Assembly (NCBI GenBank): GCA_031291395.1
Contig: JARLJD010000021.1
Coordinates: forward strand, 1-63,972
Source of the DNA: Alphaproteobacteria bacterium
Lineage (GTDB): Bacteria > Pseudomonadota > Alphaproteobacteria > UBA9219
Direction of reading: 5' to 3'
Length of the DNA: 63,972 nt
The notes below the pieces were generated by a model. The model did no database searches, was not told the origin of the DNA, and worked only from the letters and a program-made list of their open reading frames with translations. Position numbers and translations under genes: made by a program. Below are positions 51,756-60,538 of this stretch, in pieces (positions within the stretch are counted from its first letter, which is position 1; each line of letters starts with the position of its first letter).

Positions 51756-52274
51756 CTAAATCACCGGCGGTTTATCGTCATGCTCCAGCACATTCATCAA
51801 GGCGTGCTGGAACGCTTGAGGATTTGAAACAACATCGAAGGGCGAAATATCGCCCCCTGCGCCGTGCACGAGAATCGTGCCATAGCCAAGGATGCGCCCC
51901 GTGATTGTCTGATCGAAATTGACGCCGGTGACGCGGTTGATCATGATCTCGAACGTCGAGCGCGAGATGAAGCCGTATTTGGCGATCAGCCTTCGGTTGG
52001 TAATGGCAAGCTCCGTCGCGGATTGGCGTATGATCGCGCCGATTAAAAGTCCAAGCCCCAGCAGAGCGACGATAAAACCAGCCCCCGCGACAACCCGCCC
52101 CCCCAAAGGAACGGCGACCGCGCCCAACGCAAGGCCGACGACACGATAACTTAAAAATCCGACAAGCCCGCCGACGACGGTCATGATCATCCCGGGAATA
52201 AAAATGATCCAATGCAGCGTCGCGATATGAACAAGCCGTTCATCGGGAAGCAGCAGTTTATTCAGATAGGACAT
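51756..52274 (-). CDS. Membrane protein with a bacterial PH (bPH_2/YdbT-like) domain
   Basis: LLLPDERLVHIATLHW, two TM helices, then an ELAITNRRLIAKYGFISRSTFEI-type bPH motif. Confidence 0.6.
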   Translation of the reverse strand: MSYLNKLLLPDERLVHIATLHWIIFIPGMIMTVVGGLVGFLSYRVVGLALGAVAVPLGGRVVAGAGFIVALLGLGLLIGAIIRQSATELAITNRRLIAKYGFISRSTFEIMINRVTGVNFDQTITGRILGYGTILVHGAGGDISPFDVVSNPQAFQHALMNVLEHDDKPPVI

Positions 52275-52356
52275 AAGAGAGTTTCCGCGTTGGGGTTGAT
52301 AGGGTAGCGCAAGCAAGCAAATTTGTTTGACGGTTAAAACTCACAGCGAAGAAGGA

Positions 52357-52536
52357 GCGGCAGAATCCCCCCCCCCCCCCCTCGCGGGGAGGGTTAGGAA
52401 GGGGGGAGTTCTGCAAGAGATCACGTTTGGGATTATAAACAATTGCGCCACATGACGGTTCCTAATCCCCAACCGCCTTTCCCAGTCGCTCTCCCCCCTC
52501 CCTAACCCTCCCCGCGAGGGGGAGGGAATCCTGCCG
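52357..52536. repeat. Family C compound repeat, copy C7 (about 180 nt, contains a C15 homopolymer)
   Basis: The left end is GCGGCAGAATC, then C15, then TCGCGGGGAGGGTTAGGAAGGGGGGAG. The right end is CTCCCCCCTCCCTAACCCTCCCCGCGAGGGGGAGGGAATCCTGCCG. The interior matches C9 in reverse orientation. Confidence 0.85.
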
Positions 52537-52595
52537 TTATCGCTTCACTGTTATTCTCAACTGTCAAACAGTGGCATTTATTTTCTCACGCCGCC

Positions 52596-53552
52596 TTACT
52601 GCGCAAGATTCTCCTCGCTCAAAAATCTCTCCGCCTCCAGCGCCGCCATGCATCCCATACCTGCGGCTGTCACAGCCTGACGATACACTTTATCCTTAAC
52701 GTCGCCCGCGGCAAAGACTCCTGCAACATCCGTCGCTGTGCTGTCGGGTTTGGTGATCAGATAACCTTCGGCGTCCATCTTCAATTTGCCCTGAAAAATT
52801 TTCGTCGCTGGCGTATGCCCTATCGCGATGAACAATCCCGAAGCCGGTATCACCCGCTCCAAACCGGTTTTCACATTGCGCACGCGCACGCCGGTGACGG
52901 CGAGCACGGGCTTTTCCTCGCCGATAACCTCTTCGATCACGCTGTCCCATTCCACGGCGATTTTCGGATGCGCCAGCACGCGCTCTTGCATGATCTTCTC
53001 GCCGCGGAACGCGTCGCGGCGATGGATCAACGTGACTTTGCTGGCGAGATTGGCAAGATACAACGCTTCCTCCAGCGCGGTATTGCCGCCGCCGACGATG
53101 CAGACTTCCTTGCCGCGGAAGAAAAACCCGTCGCAGGTCGCGCAGCCGGAAACGCCAAAGCCCTGGAATTTTTTCTCGCTGGGAATGCCCAGCCAGCGCG
53201 CTTGAGCGCCCGTGGCGATGATGACGGTGTCGGCGACGAAAACATCGCCCGAATCCGCCTTGCATACAAACGGGCGGCGAGTGAAATCGACCTCGGTGAT
53301 CACATCGAAAACAATCTCCGTCCCCACGCGCGCCGCTTGCGCCGCCATTTGTTCCATCAGCCACGGCCCCTGCACGGCATCGGCAAAGCCCGGGTAATTT
53401 TCGACGTCCGAGGTAATCGTAAGCTGCCCCCCGGGCTGCATCCCCTGAACCAGAACCGGCTTCAAATTAGCCCGCGCCGCATAAATCCCCGCCGTATACC
53501 CCGCAGGGCCAGCGCCGATAATCAGAGTTTTAGTGGTATGGGTGGTTGGCAT
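52596..53552 (-). CDS. trxB: Thioredoxin-disulfide reductase
   Basis: GAGPAGYTAGIYAARA, the redox-active CATCDG, GGGNTALEEALYL and AAGD. Confidence 0.95.
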   Translation of the reverse strand: MPTTHTTKTLIIGAGPAGYTAGIYAARANLKPVLVQGMQPGGQLTITSDVENYPGFADAVQGPWLMEQMAAQAARVGTEIVFDVITEVDFTRRPFVCKADSGDVFVADTVIIATGAQARWLGIPSEKKFQGFGVSGCATCDGFFFRGKEVCIVGGGNTALEEALYLANLASKVTLIHRRDAFRGEKIMQERVLAHPKIAVEWDSVIEEVIGEEKPVLAVTGVRVRNVKTGLERVIPASGLFIAIGHTPATKIFQGKLKMDAEGYLITKPDSTATDVAGVFAAGDVKDKVYRQAVTAAGMGCMAALEAERFLSEENLAQ

Positions 53553-53785
53553 TCAAAGAATCCTCAAGCTGATGATTCCGTAATATAGAAGCGATTGTGG
53601 GGAGAAGATAGAGGGCGAGGCGCTCTTCCGGCATTAATCAACCAAAACGGGTGCAAGGATCGGGTTAATCAGATTTCCAATAGACAGAGGGGCGATTCCC
53701 CCGCCACTCTGGAAATAATCCAGAAAAAGCTTGGCAGAAATAAACTTGCCGCGCTATTCTGCGCGCGCTGTCGGTTCAGCGCCTC

Positions 53786-53859
53786 GCGGGTGTAGCTCAA
53801 TGGTAGAGCAGAAGCTTCCCAAGCTTACGACGAGGGTTCGATTCCCTTCACCCGCTCCA
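53786..53859 (+). tRNA. tRNA-Gly (anticodon CCC), CCA encoded
   Basis: GCGGGTG-TA-GCTC-AATGGTA-GAGC-A-GAAGC-TTCCCAA-GCTTA-CGAC-GAGGG-TTCGATT-CCCTT-CACCCGC-T-CCA folds as a cloverleaf. Confidence 0.9.
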
Positions 53860-53926
53860 TTTAGTGATTTTAGAACGTCCCCCAAAATCCTGAAACTTAT
53901 AGAAAACGGCGTAAATAAAGGCTATT

Positions 53927-54223
53927 ATGGCTCTGCGTTGTCCGAAAGCGTTTTCCTGCTCCCTGCCCGACTGGGGGCAGAAGGGGAAAGACGCAGAAAA
54001 TCCGCCCTCAGCGTTTTGCAAACGCCGTCTGCAAAAACGCAAAAAAGAACTGCGCCGCCAAGGATGTCGCCAGATTTGCGTCGCTACGGAATCTTTCCAA
54101 GCGCCGGATTTTTATCGCAAATCGGGCTACCGCCTTGCCGCCACAATGCCTCAATATAATAATGGACATGAGCAGCTTATATTCCGCAAGCTTCTGCGGC
54201 AAGAAACGGAAACGACAGCATGA
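53927..54223 (+). pseudogene. Probable 5'-truncated GNAT-family acetyltransferase remnant
   Basis: The C-terminal part GCRQICVATESFQAPDFYRKSGYRLAATMPQYNNGHEQLIFRKLL resembles the end of GNAT enzymes. The expected N-terminal roughly 50-60 aa are absent. It lies 67 nt after tRNA-Gly. Confidence 0.4.
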
Positions 54224-55449
54224 CTTCCCTCCCTTTCCCCGTCGAACGTTATCGCGAGGATTTTCCTATCCTCGCGCAGCAAATCCACGGGCATCCCTTG
54301 GCCTATCTCGACACCGGCGCGAGCGCGCAGAAACCGCGCGCTGTGATCGAGGCGATGACGCGCTTCATGGAAAACGACTATGCCAACATCCACCGCGGCG
54401 TGCATGAATTGAGCCAGCGCGCCACGGACAAATACGAAGCCGTGCGCTCGGTCGTTCAAAACTTCATCAAGGCGGAACATGACGACGAAATCGTCTTTAC
54501 GCACGGCGCGACCGATGCCATAAATCTCGTCGCGCAAACATGGGGGCGCACATTTCTGAAAGCGGGCGACGAGATCGTCATCACGGCTTTGGAACACCAC
54601 GCCAATATCGTCCCGTGGCAAATGCTGCGCGAGGCGTTCGGCATCGATCTGCGCGTCGTCCCCATCACGCCCGAAGGCGAAGTGCGGGTAGAAGACGTCA
54701 AAGCAGCCCTGTCGCCAAAAACGAAATTGGTCGCCTTCGCGCATGTGTCGAATGTGCTGGGAACCGTTTTACCGGCGAAGGAAATCGTCGCGCTGGCGCA
54801 TGAGGCGGGCGCATTGGCGCTTGTCGACGGCTGCCAATCCATAAGCCACATGCCGGTCGATGTGCGCGACATGGATGCGGATTTTTTCGTTTTCTCCGGC
54901 CACAAACTCTATGGCCCCACCGGCATCGGCGTTTTGTACGGCAAGCGCGAGATTCTGTCCCGCATGCCGCCTTGGCAAGGCGGCGGCGACATGATCGCCA
55001 GCGTTACCTTCGCCGAAACGACCTATAAAGAACCGCCGCACCGCTTCGAAGCCGGAACGCCGCCTATCACCGAAGTCATCGGTTTGGGCGCGGCGATTGA
55101 TTATGTCTCGGCGATCGGCATGAACAACATCGCGCAACACGAAAAAGACATCCTCGCCTATGCCACGGAAAAACTTTCGCGCGTCGACGGCATGCGCATC
55201 GTTGGCCAAGCCAAAAACAAATCCGGCATTATTTCTTTCATCATGGAACAAGCGCATCCGCATGACATCGGCACCATTCTGGATCGCCACGGCGTCGCGA
55301 TCCGCGCAGGGCATCATTGCGCCCAGCCTTTGATGGAACATTTGGGATTGGTGGCCACGGCCCGCGCCTCCTTCGGCCTCTACACCTCGCGCGAGGATAT
55401 AGACGCTTTGGTCGCGGCGGTAGAAAAGGTGGAGGAGATATTCGGATGA
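54220..55449 (+). CDS. sufS: Cysteine desulfurase, SufS type
   Basis: 409 aa with the PLP-lysine context FSGHKLYGPTGIGVLYG and the active-site loop RAGHHCAQP. Confidence 0.92.
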   Translation: MTSLPFPVERYREDFPILAQQIHGHPLAYLDTGASAQKPRAVIEAMTRFMENDYANIHRGVHELSQRATDKYEAVRSVVQNFIKAEHDDEIVFTHGATDAINLVAQTWGRTFLKAGDEIVITALEHHANIVPWQMLREAFGIDLRVVPITPEGEVRVEDVKAALSPKTKLVAFAHVSNVLGTVLPAKEIVALAHEAGALALVDGCQSISHMPVDVRDMDADFFVFSGHKLYGPTGIGVLYGKREILSRMPPWQGGGDMIASVTFAETTYKEPPHRFEAGTPPITEVIGLGAAIDYVSAIGMNNIAQHEKDILAYATEKLSRVDGMRIVGQAKNKSGIISFIMEQAHPHDIGTILDRHGVAIRAGHHCAQPLMEHLGLVATARASFGLYTSREDIDALVAAVEKVEEIFG

Positions 55450-56012
55450 ACGAGAACGCCCTGACGCTTGAAGGCGTACGCGCAGCTTTTCACGATAACA
55501 TACCTCGCTATACGCACATTGCGGGCGTTGTCGGACTAGCTGAAAACATAGAGAAGAATTACGGAAAATTTGACGGCAAACTCATCCGCGCGGCGATCTA
55601 TCACGATATTGGTTATGCTGAACCATACCGCGTCACGAACTTTCATTCCGTCGATGGGGCGCTTGCCGCGCGCAAACATGGGATCGGCGAAGATATTGCG
55701 GAAGCCGTTTTATATCACACGGGGTCATGGATAGACATGCGCCTTTTGCGTCTCGATCTTAAAGATTATTACGATGCCGAGTGCCGCATGATGAAAACGC
55801 CATTGAATCGCGCCGTTAGTTTTTGCGATCTCCACACAGGGCCGCTGGGACAAAGATTTTCGCTCGATGAAAGGTTAGCTGATATTGTGAATCGCTATGG
55901 CCCCAAATCTAATATTCTTGAGGCCTTCAAGGTGTATGATAAACGCTTTCACGAAATAGACTCAGAGTGGTCGCCTTATCTCGACCCCTTACAAGGTTCT
56001 TCTAATGGATAA
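55446..56012 (+). CDS. HD-domain protein (188 aa) inserted between sufS and sufU
   Basis: H...HD pattern (YTHIAGV ... AAIYHDIGY, FHSVDGA). Its ATG overlaps the sufS stop (ATGA) and its stop overlaps the sufU start by 8 nt. Confidence 0.65.
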   Translation: MNENALTLEGVRAAFHDNIPRYTHIAGVVGLAENIEKNYGKFDGKLIRAAIYHDIGYAEPYRVTNFHSVDGALAARKHGIGEDIAEAVLYHTGSWIDMRLLRLDLKDYYDAECRMMKTPLNRAVSFCDLHTGPLGQRFSLDERLADIVNRYGPKSNILEAFKVYDKRFHEIDSEWSPYLDPLQGSSNG

Positions 56013-56466
56013 CGACCTTCGCGACCTCTATCAAGACCTCATCCTCGACCACGGCAAGCATCCGCGTAATTTTCATGCTTTGCCGAACGCCAACCACGAG
56101 GCTTTGGGGCATAATCCTTTGTGCGGCGACAAGATCAATTTGTACGTCACGGTTGACGCCCAAAACGTCATTCAGGATGTCGCCTTTCAAGGCAGCGGCT
56201 GCGCGATTTCAATGGCCTCGGCGTCGATGATGACCGAAATGCTGAAAGGCAAAACCGCCGAGGAAGCCGCGCGGCTGTTCGCGTATTTGCATGATGCCTG
56301 CACAGGGAAATCCGCGGACAAAGCCGGATTGGATGAAGACGCTGTTGATCGTATCAACGCCCTGTCCGGCGTCCGCGACTATCCCATCCGCGTCAAATGC
56401 GCGACTCTGGCGTGGCACACGTTGCAAGCGGCGTTGAAGAACGATAAGAAGGTTTCGACGGAATGA
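56005..56466 (+). CDS. sufU: SUF-system NifU-family Fe-S assembly / sulfur-acceptor protein (SufU-like)
   Basis: DHGKHPRN, NPLCGD, QGSGCAIS and RVKCATLAW are the three-Cys SufU/IscU-like pattern. Confidence 0.85.
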   Translation: MDNDLRDLYQDLILDHGKHPRNFHALPNANHEALGHNPLCGDKINLYVTVDAQNVIQDVAFQGSGCAISMASASMMTEMLKGKTAEEAARLFAYLHDACTGKSADKAGLDEDAVDRINALSGVRDYPIRVKCATLAWHTLQAALKNDKKVSTE

Positions 56467-56498
56467 GAAACGCCCCGACCTGCTGACAAACAACCGAC

Positions 56499-56708
56499 GC
56501 CGATAACCCCTCTCCGCCCGCCCTTGCGGGGGGAGAGGGGGGATACCGAAATTCCCGCAAGAGCAAAACGTGGAAAGGGGTGAGGTGGGTGGTGAAGATT
56601 ATTCACGCCTTCAACCGCCCACCTCACCCCTTTCGTTCTACGGCTTAAGTTCGACGTTCTGTCCCTCCCCTCTCCCCCCGCAAGGGCGGGCGGAGAGGGG
56701 TTATCGGC
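56499..56708. repeat. Family C ~200-nt nested-palindrome element, copy C8 (between sufU and sufT)
   Basis: The element runs from GCCGATAACCCCTCTCCGCCCGCCCTTGCGGGGGGAGAGGGG at its left end to CCCCTCTCCCCCCGCAAGGGCGGGCGGAGAGGGGTTATCGGC at its right end. The interior is the reverse complement of the C4 interior. Confidence 0.85.
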
Positions 56709-56743
56709 GCCGTTGCTTGTGTCAAAAAGTTTGGAAATCAGGA

Positions 56744-57106
56744 ATGACCGACATACCCGCAACATCCCCCGAATCCTTGGCCGAATCCGTCGCCATCTTT
56801 GGCGAACGCGTGATTGCGCGGCTTAAAACCGTCTTTGACCCTGAAATTCCCGTCAACATCTTCGACCTCGGGCTGATCTATAAAGTCGATATCGACCCCA
56901 AAGACGGCGAGCGCTTCAACGTCACGATCGACATGACCCTGACCACCCCCAACTGCCCCATCGCCGATCAAATCCCCCTTATGGTAAGACAGGCCGTCGG
57001 CAGCGCCGAAGGCGTGGACGACATTGCCGTCAATCTCGTCTGGGACCCGCCGTGGGACAAATCTATGATGTCGGACGAGGCGCGTATGCAGTTGGATTTG
57101 TTTTAG
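56744..57106 (+). CDS. sufT: Fe-S cluster assembly protein, DUF59/MIP18 family (SufT-like)
   Basis: VFDPEIPVNIFDLGLIY...TLTTPNCPIADQI...VNLVWDPPW. The start is set at MTDIPATS; the track ORF start at 56570 reads through repeat C8. Confidence 0.8.
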   Translation: MTDIPATSPESLAESVAIFGERVIARLKTVFDPEIPVNIFDLGLIYKVDIDPKDGERFNVTIDMTLTTPNCPIADQIPLMVRQAVGSAEGVDDIAVNLVWDPPWDKSMMSDEARMQLDLF

Positions 57107-57141
57107 CAATGGAATTTTAAGACATTTTCTGTAACAAAGAG

Positions 57142-57221
57142 CGTCATCCCCGCGCATGCGGGGATCCATCTTCCTTGCTTTCTTGTGACCAAGATGGATC
57201 CCCGCTTTCGCGGGGATGACG
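57142..57221. repeat. Family A palindromic repeat, copy A5
   Basis: CGTCATCCCCGCGCATGCGGGGATCC, a spacer ending GACCAAGAT, then GGATCCCCGCTTTCGCGGGGATGACG. Confidence 0.85.
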
Positions 57222-57255
57222 TCCGGTTTAAAACCTCTAACCCCCTGTATTCCCC

Positions 57256-59850
57256 ATGCCCGCCAAAGAAATCCTTCTCTCCGATTACGAAGTTCCCGCT
57301 TTTCTGGTCAAAAAAGTCGATCTCGACATTGATATTCAGCCCGATCACGCCATGGTTTCCTCGCGCCTTGTCGTCGCGCGTAATCCAAAATCCAAAGATA
57401 AAAAAGCGCCTTTGTTCCTGAACGGCGAGGCGCAAAAACTGGTTAGTGTTTCCGTCGACGGGCGCGTTTTGAAAAAAAGCGAATATAAATTGACGCCGCA
57501 GGGTTTGACTCTGAAAACGCCCGACAGAGCCACGGTCGAGATCGTCAGCACGAACGATCCTTATCATAATACCGAACTTTTCGGCCTTTATGCTTCCGGC
57601 CCGATGCTGTCCACGCAATGCGAGTCCGAGGGTTTTCGCCGCATCGCCTATTATCCCGACCGCCCCGACGTGATGGCGAAATTCCGCGTCACGATCCACG
57701 CCGACAAGAAAAAATATCCCATTTTGCTGGCGAACGGCAATCTGATCGCAAACGGAGATGAAGGAAAATCGCGCCATTTCGCGACTTGGGAAGACCCGTT
57801 TTTCAAACCCTGCTATCTGTTCGCGATGGTCGCTGGCAAGCTCGACCGGCGCGCGGACAGTTTCAAAACCAAATCAGGGCGCAAGGTTTTGATCGAGATT
57901 TTTGTCGAACCCGGCAAGCTTAAGGAAACCGATTTCGCGCTGACCGCGATCAAGAAGGCGATGAAGTGGGACGAACAACGCTTCGGCCTCGAATATGATC
58001 TCGACCGCTTCATGATGGTCGCGACGCCGTTTTTCAATATGGGCGCGATGGAAAACAAGGGGCTTAATATTTTCAACGACTCGTGCGTCCTTGGCCGCCC
58101 TGAAACGGCGACGGATGCGACGATCGCCTTTATCGAACGCGTCGTGGCGCATGAATATTTCCACAACTGGACGGGCGACCGCATCACCTGCCGCGACTGG
58201 TTCCAGATCAGCCTTAAGGAAGGGCTGACCGTTTTCCGTGAGCAGGAATATTGCGGCGCCGCCAATTCGGTTCCGGTCGAGCGTCTGGACAATGTGCGCA
58301 ATTTGCGCAGCGGCCAGTTCGCCGAGGACGCGAGCGCTATGGCTCACGCCATTCGTCCCGACCGTTATCAGGCGATCGACAATTTCTATACACGGACGGT
58401 TTACAACAAAGGCGCGGAAGTAGTGCGCATGATTCAGACCCTTGTCGGCCGCGAAGGTTTTGACAAGGGCATGGCCCTGTACGTCAAGCGGCACGACGGC
58501 CAAGCCGTCACCTGCGACGATTTTGTCAAGGCGATAAGCGACGCGAATAAGCTAGACCCGACGCAGTTCATGCGCTGGTACAATCAGGCTGGCACGCCGG
58601 TGCTGGATGTTTCAAGCCGCTATGACGCGAATGCAAAAACGCTTTCGCTGACAATCCGGCAATCCTGCAAACCGACGCCCGGGCAGCCGAAGAAACTGCC
58701 TTTGCATATTCCATTTGCGGTTGGTTTGCTGGATCACAACGGCAAGGACATCATCGGCACGAAGGTGCTGTCTTTGAAAAAACCGCGTGAGGTTTTTACA
58801 TTCGACAACATCAAGGAAAAGCCGGTTCTGTCCCTGCTGCGCGATTTCTCGGCGCCGGTGAGGCTGAATTATCCGTACACAAACGAAGAACTCCTGTTCC
58901 TCCTCGCCCACGACAGCGATCCGTTCAGCCGATGGGAAGCGGGATTCAAACTGGCGACGCAATGTTTGCTGGATGAGGACGGCGCGCGGAATGAGAAAGC
59001 CTTTATCGCGGCACTTGGCAACGTCCTGCGCGACAAAAAACTCGATCCCGCCTTCAAGTCAATGGTCTTGTCCCTGCCCGCGGAAAGCGAGTTGGGGCTG
59101 GCCTTGCAAGCGCAAAGGAAATTAATCGACGTCGACGCCCTCTATGCCGCGCGTAAAGCCTTAGTCAAGCGCATCGCCGTCTTGTTGCAAGACGATTTCG
59201 CGGCGGAACATGCGCGTCTGGCCAAAAGCGTCAAGGACAGCGCCGCCGACGGCGCGGCCAGAGGACAGCGCGGATTAAAAAATCTGTGCCTGTCCTATCT
59301 GGCGGCGACGGGAGACGCGAAAACCCTGAAGCAGGTTTTCCATCAGGCGACGAAATCGAAAAACATGACCGACCAAATCGCCGCGCTGAATATCCTGTCG
59401 GAAACGAAATCCCCTCTGCGCGACAGAGCCTTTGCCGCGTTTGAGAAGAAATGGAAAAAAGTCCCGACAATTATGGACAAATGGCTGGCCGTGCAAGCCA
59501 ACGCGCGGCGTGGCGACGTTCTGAAAACCGTGCGCAAGCTGATGCGGCATCCCGCTTTCACGCTGAACAATCCGAACCGCGTGGGGGCTTTGATCGGCGT
59601 TTTCGCGAGCAACGGCCTCGGCTTCCACGCCAAAGACGGCTCCGGATATCGCTTCATCGCCGACATGATCTTGCAAATCGACCCGATCAACGCGCACCGC
59701 GCCGGAGGCATCGCCAAAGCCTTTACCCGCTGGCGCGATTACGACCCCGCGCGGCAAAAACTGATGTTGGCCGAACTAAAACGCCTATCGAAACAGAAAA
59801 ATCTTTCCGCGAACACGGCGGAGGTTGTCGAGAAAAGTTTGAAGGGGTAG
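57256..59850 (+). CDS. pepN: Aminopeptidase N
   Basis: 864 aa with GAMENKGLNIF, the zinc motif HEYFHNWTGDR...LKEGLTVF and a PepN C-terminal domain. Confidence 0.95.
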   Translation: MPAKEILLSDYEVPAFLVKKVDLDIDIQPDHAMVSSRLVVARNPKSKDKKAPLFLNGEAQKLVSVSVDGRVLKKSEYKLTPQGLTLKTPDRATVEIVSTNDPYHNTELFGLYASGPMLSTQCESEGFRRIAYYPDRPDVMAKFRVTIHADKKKYPILLANGNLIANGDEGKSRHFATWEDPFFKPCYLFAMVAGKLDRRADSFKTKSGRKVLIEIFVEPGKLKETDFALTAIKKAMKWDEQRFGLEYDLDRFMMVATPFFNMGAMENKGLNIFNDSCVLGRPETATDATIAFIERVVAHEYFHNWTGDRITCRDWFQISLKEGLTVFREQEYCGAANSVPVERLDNVRNLRSGQFAEDASAMAHAIRPDRYQAIDNFYTRTVYNKGAEVVRMIQTLVGREGFDKGMALYVKRHDGQAVTCDDFVKAISDANKLDPTQFMRWYNQAGTPVLDVSSRYDANAKTLSLTIRQSCKPTPGQPKKLPLHIPFAVGLLDHNGKDIIGTKVLSLKKPREVFTFDNIKEKPVLSLLRDFSAPVRLNYPYTNEELLFLLAHDSDPFSRWEAGFKLATQCLLDEDGARNEKAFIAALGNVLRDKKLDPAFKSMVLSLPAESELGLALQAQRKLIDVDALYAARKALVKRIAVLLQDDFAAEHARLAKSVKDSAADGAARGQRGLKNLCLSYLAATGDAKTLKQVFHQATKSKNMTDQIAALNILSETKSPLRDRAFAAFEKKWKKVPTIMDKWLAVQANARRGDVLKTVRKLMRHPAFTLNNPNRVGALIGVFASNGLGFHAKDGSGYRFIADMILQIDPINAHRAGGIAKAFTRWRDYDPARQKLMLAELKRLSKQKNLSANTAEVVEKSLKG

Positions 59851-59893
59851 GATACGCAAAATTTTGCGCGTTTAGAGCCGTGGCGAAGCAAAA

Positions 59894-60070
59894 GCGGCGG
59901 AATCCCCTCCCCCTCGCGGGGAGGGTTAGGGAGGGGGGAGAGAGGCTTGGAAAGGCGATTGGGGGTTATAAATAACATTGCGACAAGGTTTGTTTACAAC
60001 CCTGAACTTGGTCTTTTGCGTCACTCCCCCCTCCCTAACCCTCCCCGCGAGGGGGAGAGGATTCTATCGC
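59894..60070. repeat. Family C compound repeat, copy C9 (about 180 nt)
   Basis: The left end is GCGGCGGAATCCCCTCCCCCTCGCGGGGAGGGTTAGGGAGGGGGGAG. The right end is CTCCCCCCTCCCTAACCCTCCCCGCGAGGGGGAGAGGATTCTATCGC. Confidence 0.85.
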
Positions 60071-60175
60071 TTTTGCGGCACTGCTGTTTTTGACTCGCAA
60101 AAACGTGTTCTCTTTCCTTTACGCCAACCTCCCCTTCCTTTTGTCTACAATCCCTTTATACGAAAAAGGGCAAAC

Positions 60176-60538
60176 ATGCGGCTCGATACTCACGACAACA
60201 CTTCTCAAGACTATCGTCGCGCGCGCGAGATGAGGAACATCGCATCGCCTGTGGAAAATAAACTTTGGGTTGTTTTAAGAGAAGCGGCGAAAGCATCGGG
60301 ACTAAAATTCAGAAGGCAACAAGCCGTTCATCCCTTCATCGCCGCTTTTGCATGCATGAAGGCAAGATTGCTCGTGGAACAGGACGGAGATTCCCATGCG
60401 AACAGCGAAAGTTACGATCGATCGCGAGATAAAAAATTGAAGGAAATGGGATTTGTCGTTCTAAGATTTGCTAATGACGATGTTGTGCAAAACGCCGAGG
60501 GCGTAGCAATGGAAATCGTTCATCAAGCTGGCCGTTTG
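60176..60538 (+). CDS. DUF559 (Vsr-like endonuclease fold) domain, with no stop codon before the next domain
   Basis: ARxxR...ENKLWVVLR....GLKFRRQQAVHPFIAAFAC.....LLVEQDGDSH......DR.RD..L...GFVVLRFANDDV matches the DUF559 pattern from memory. The frame continues uninterrupted into the PagL-like part. Confidence 0.55.

Noticed and set aside
53731-54159. A 142-aa plus-strand ORF overlapping tRNA-Gly.
   Set aside because: It reads straight through the tRNA gene (SSMVEQKLPKLTTRVRFPSPAP is translated tRNA) and is out of frame with the GNAT-like remnant, so it is spurious.
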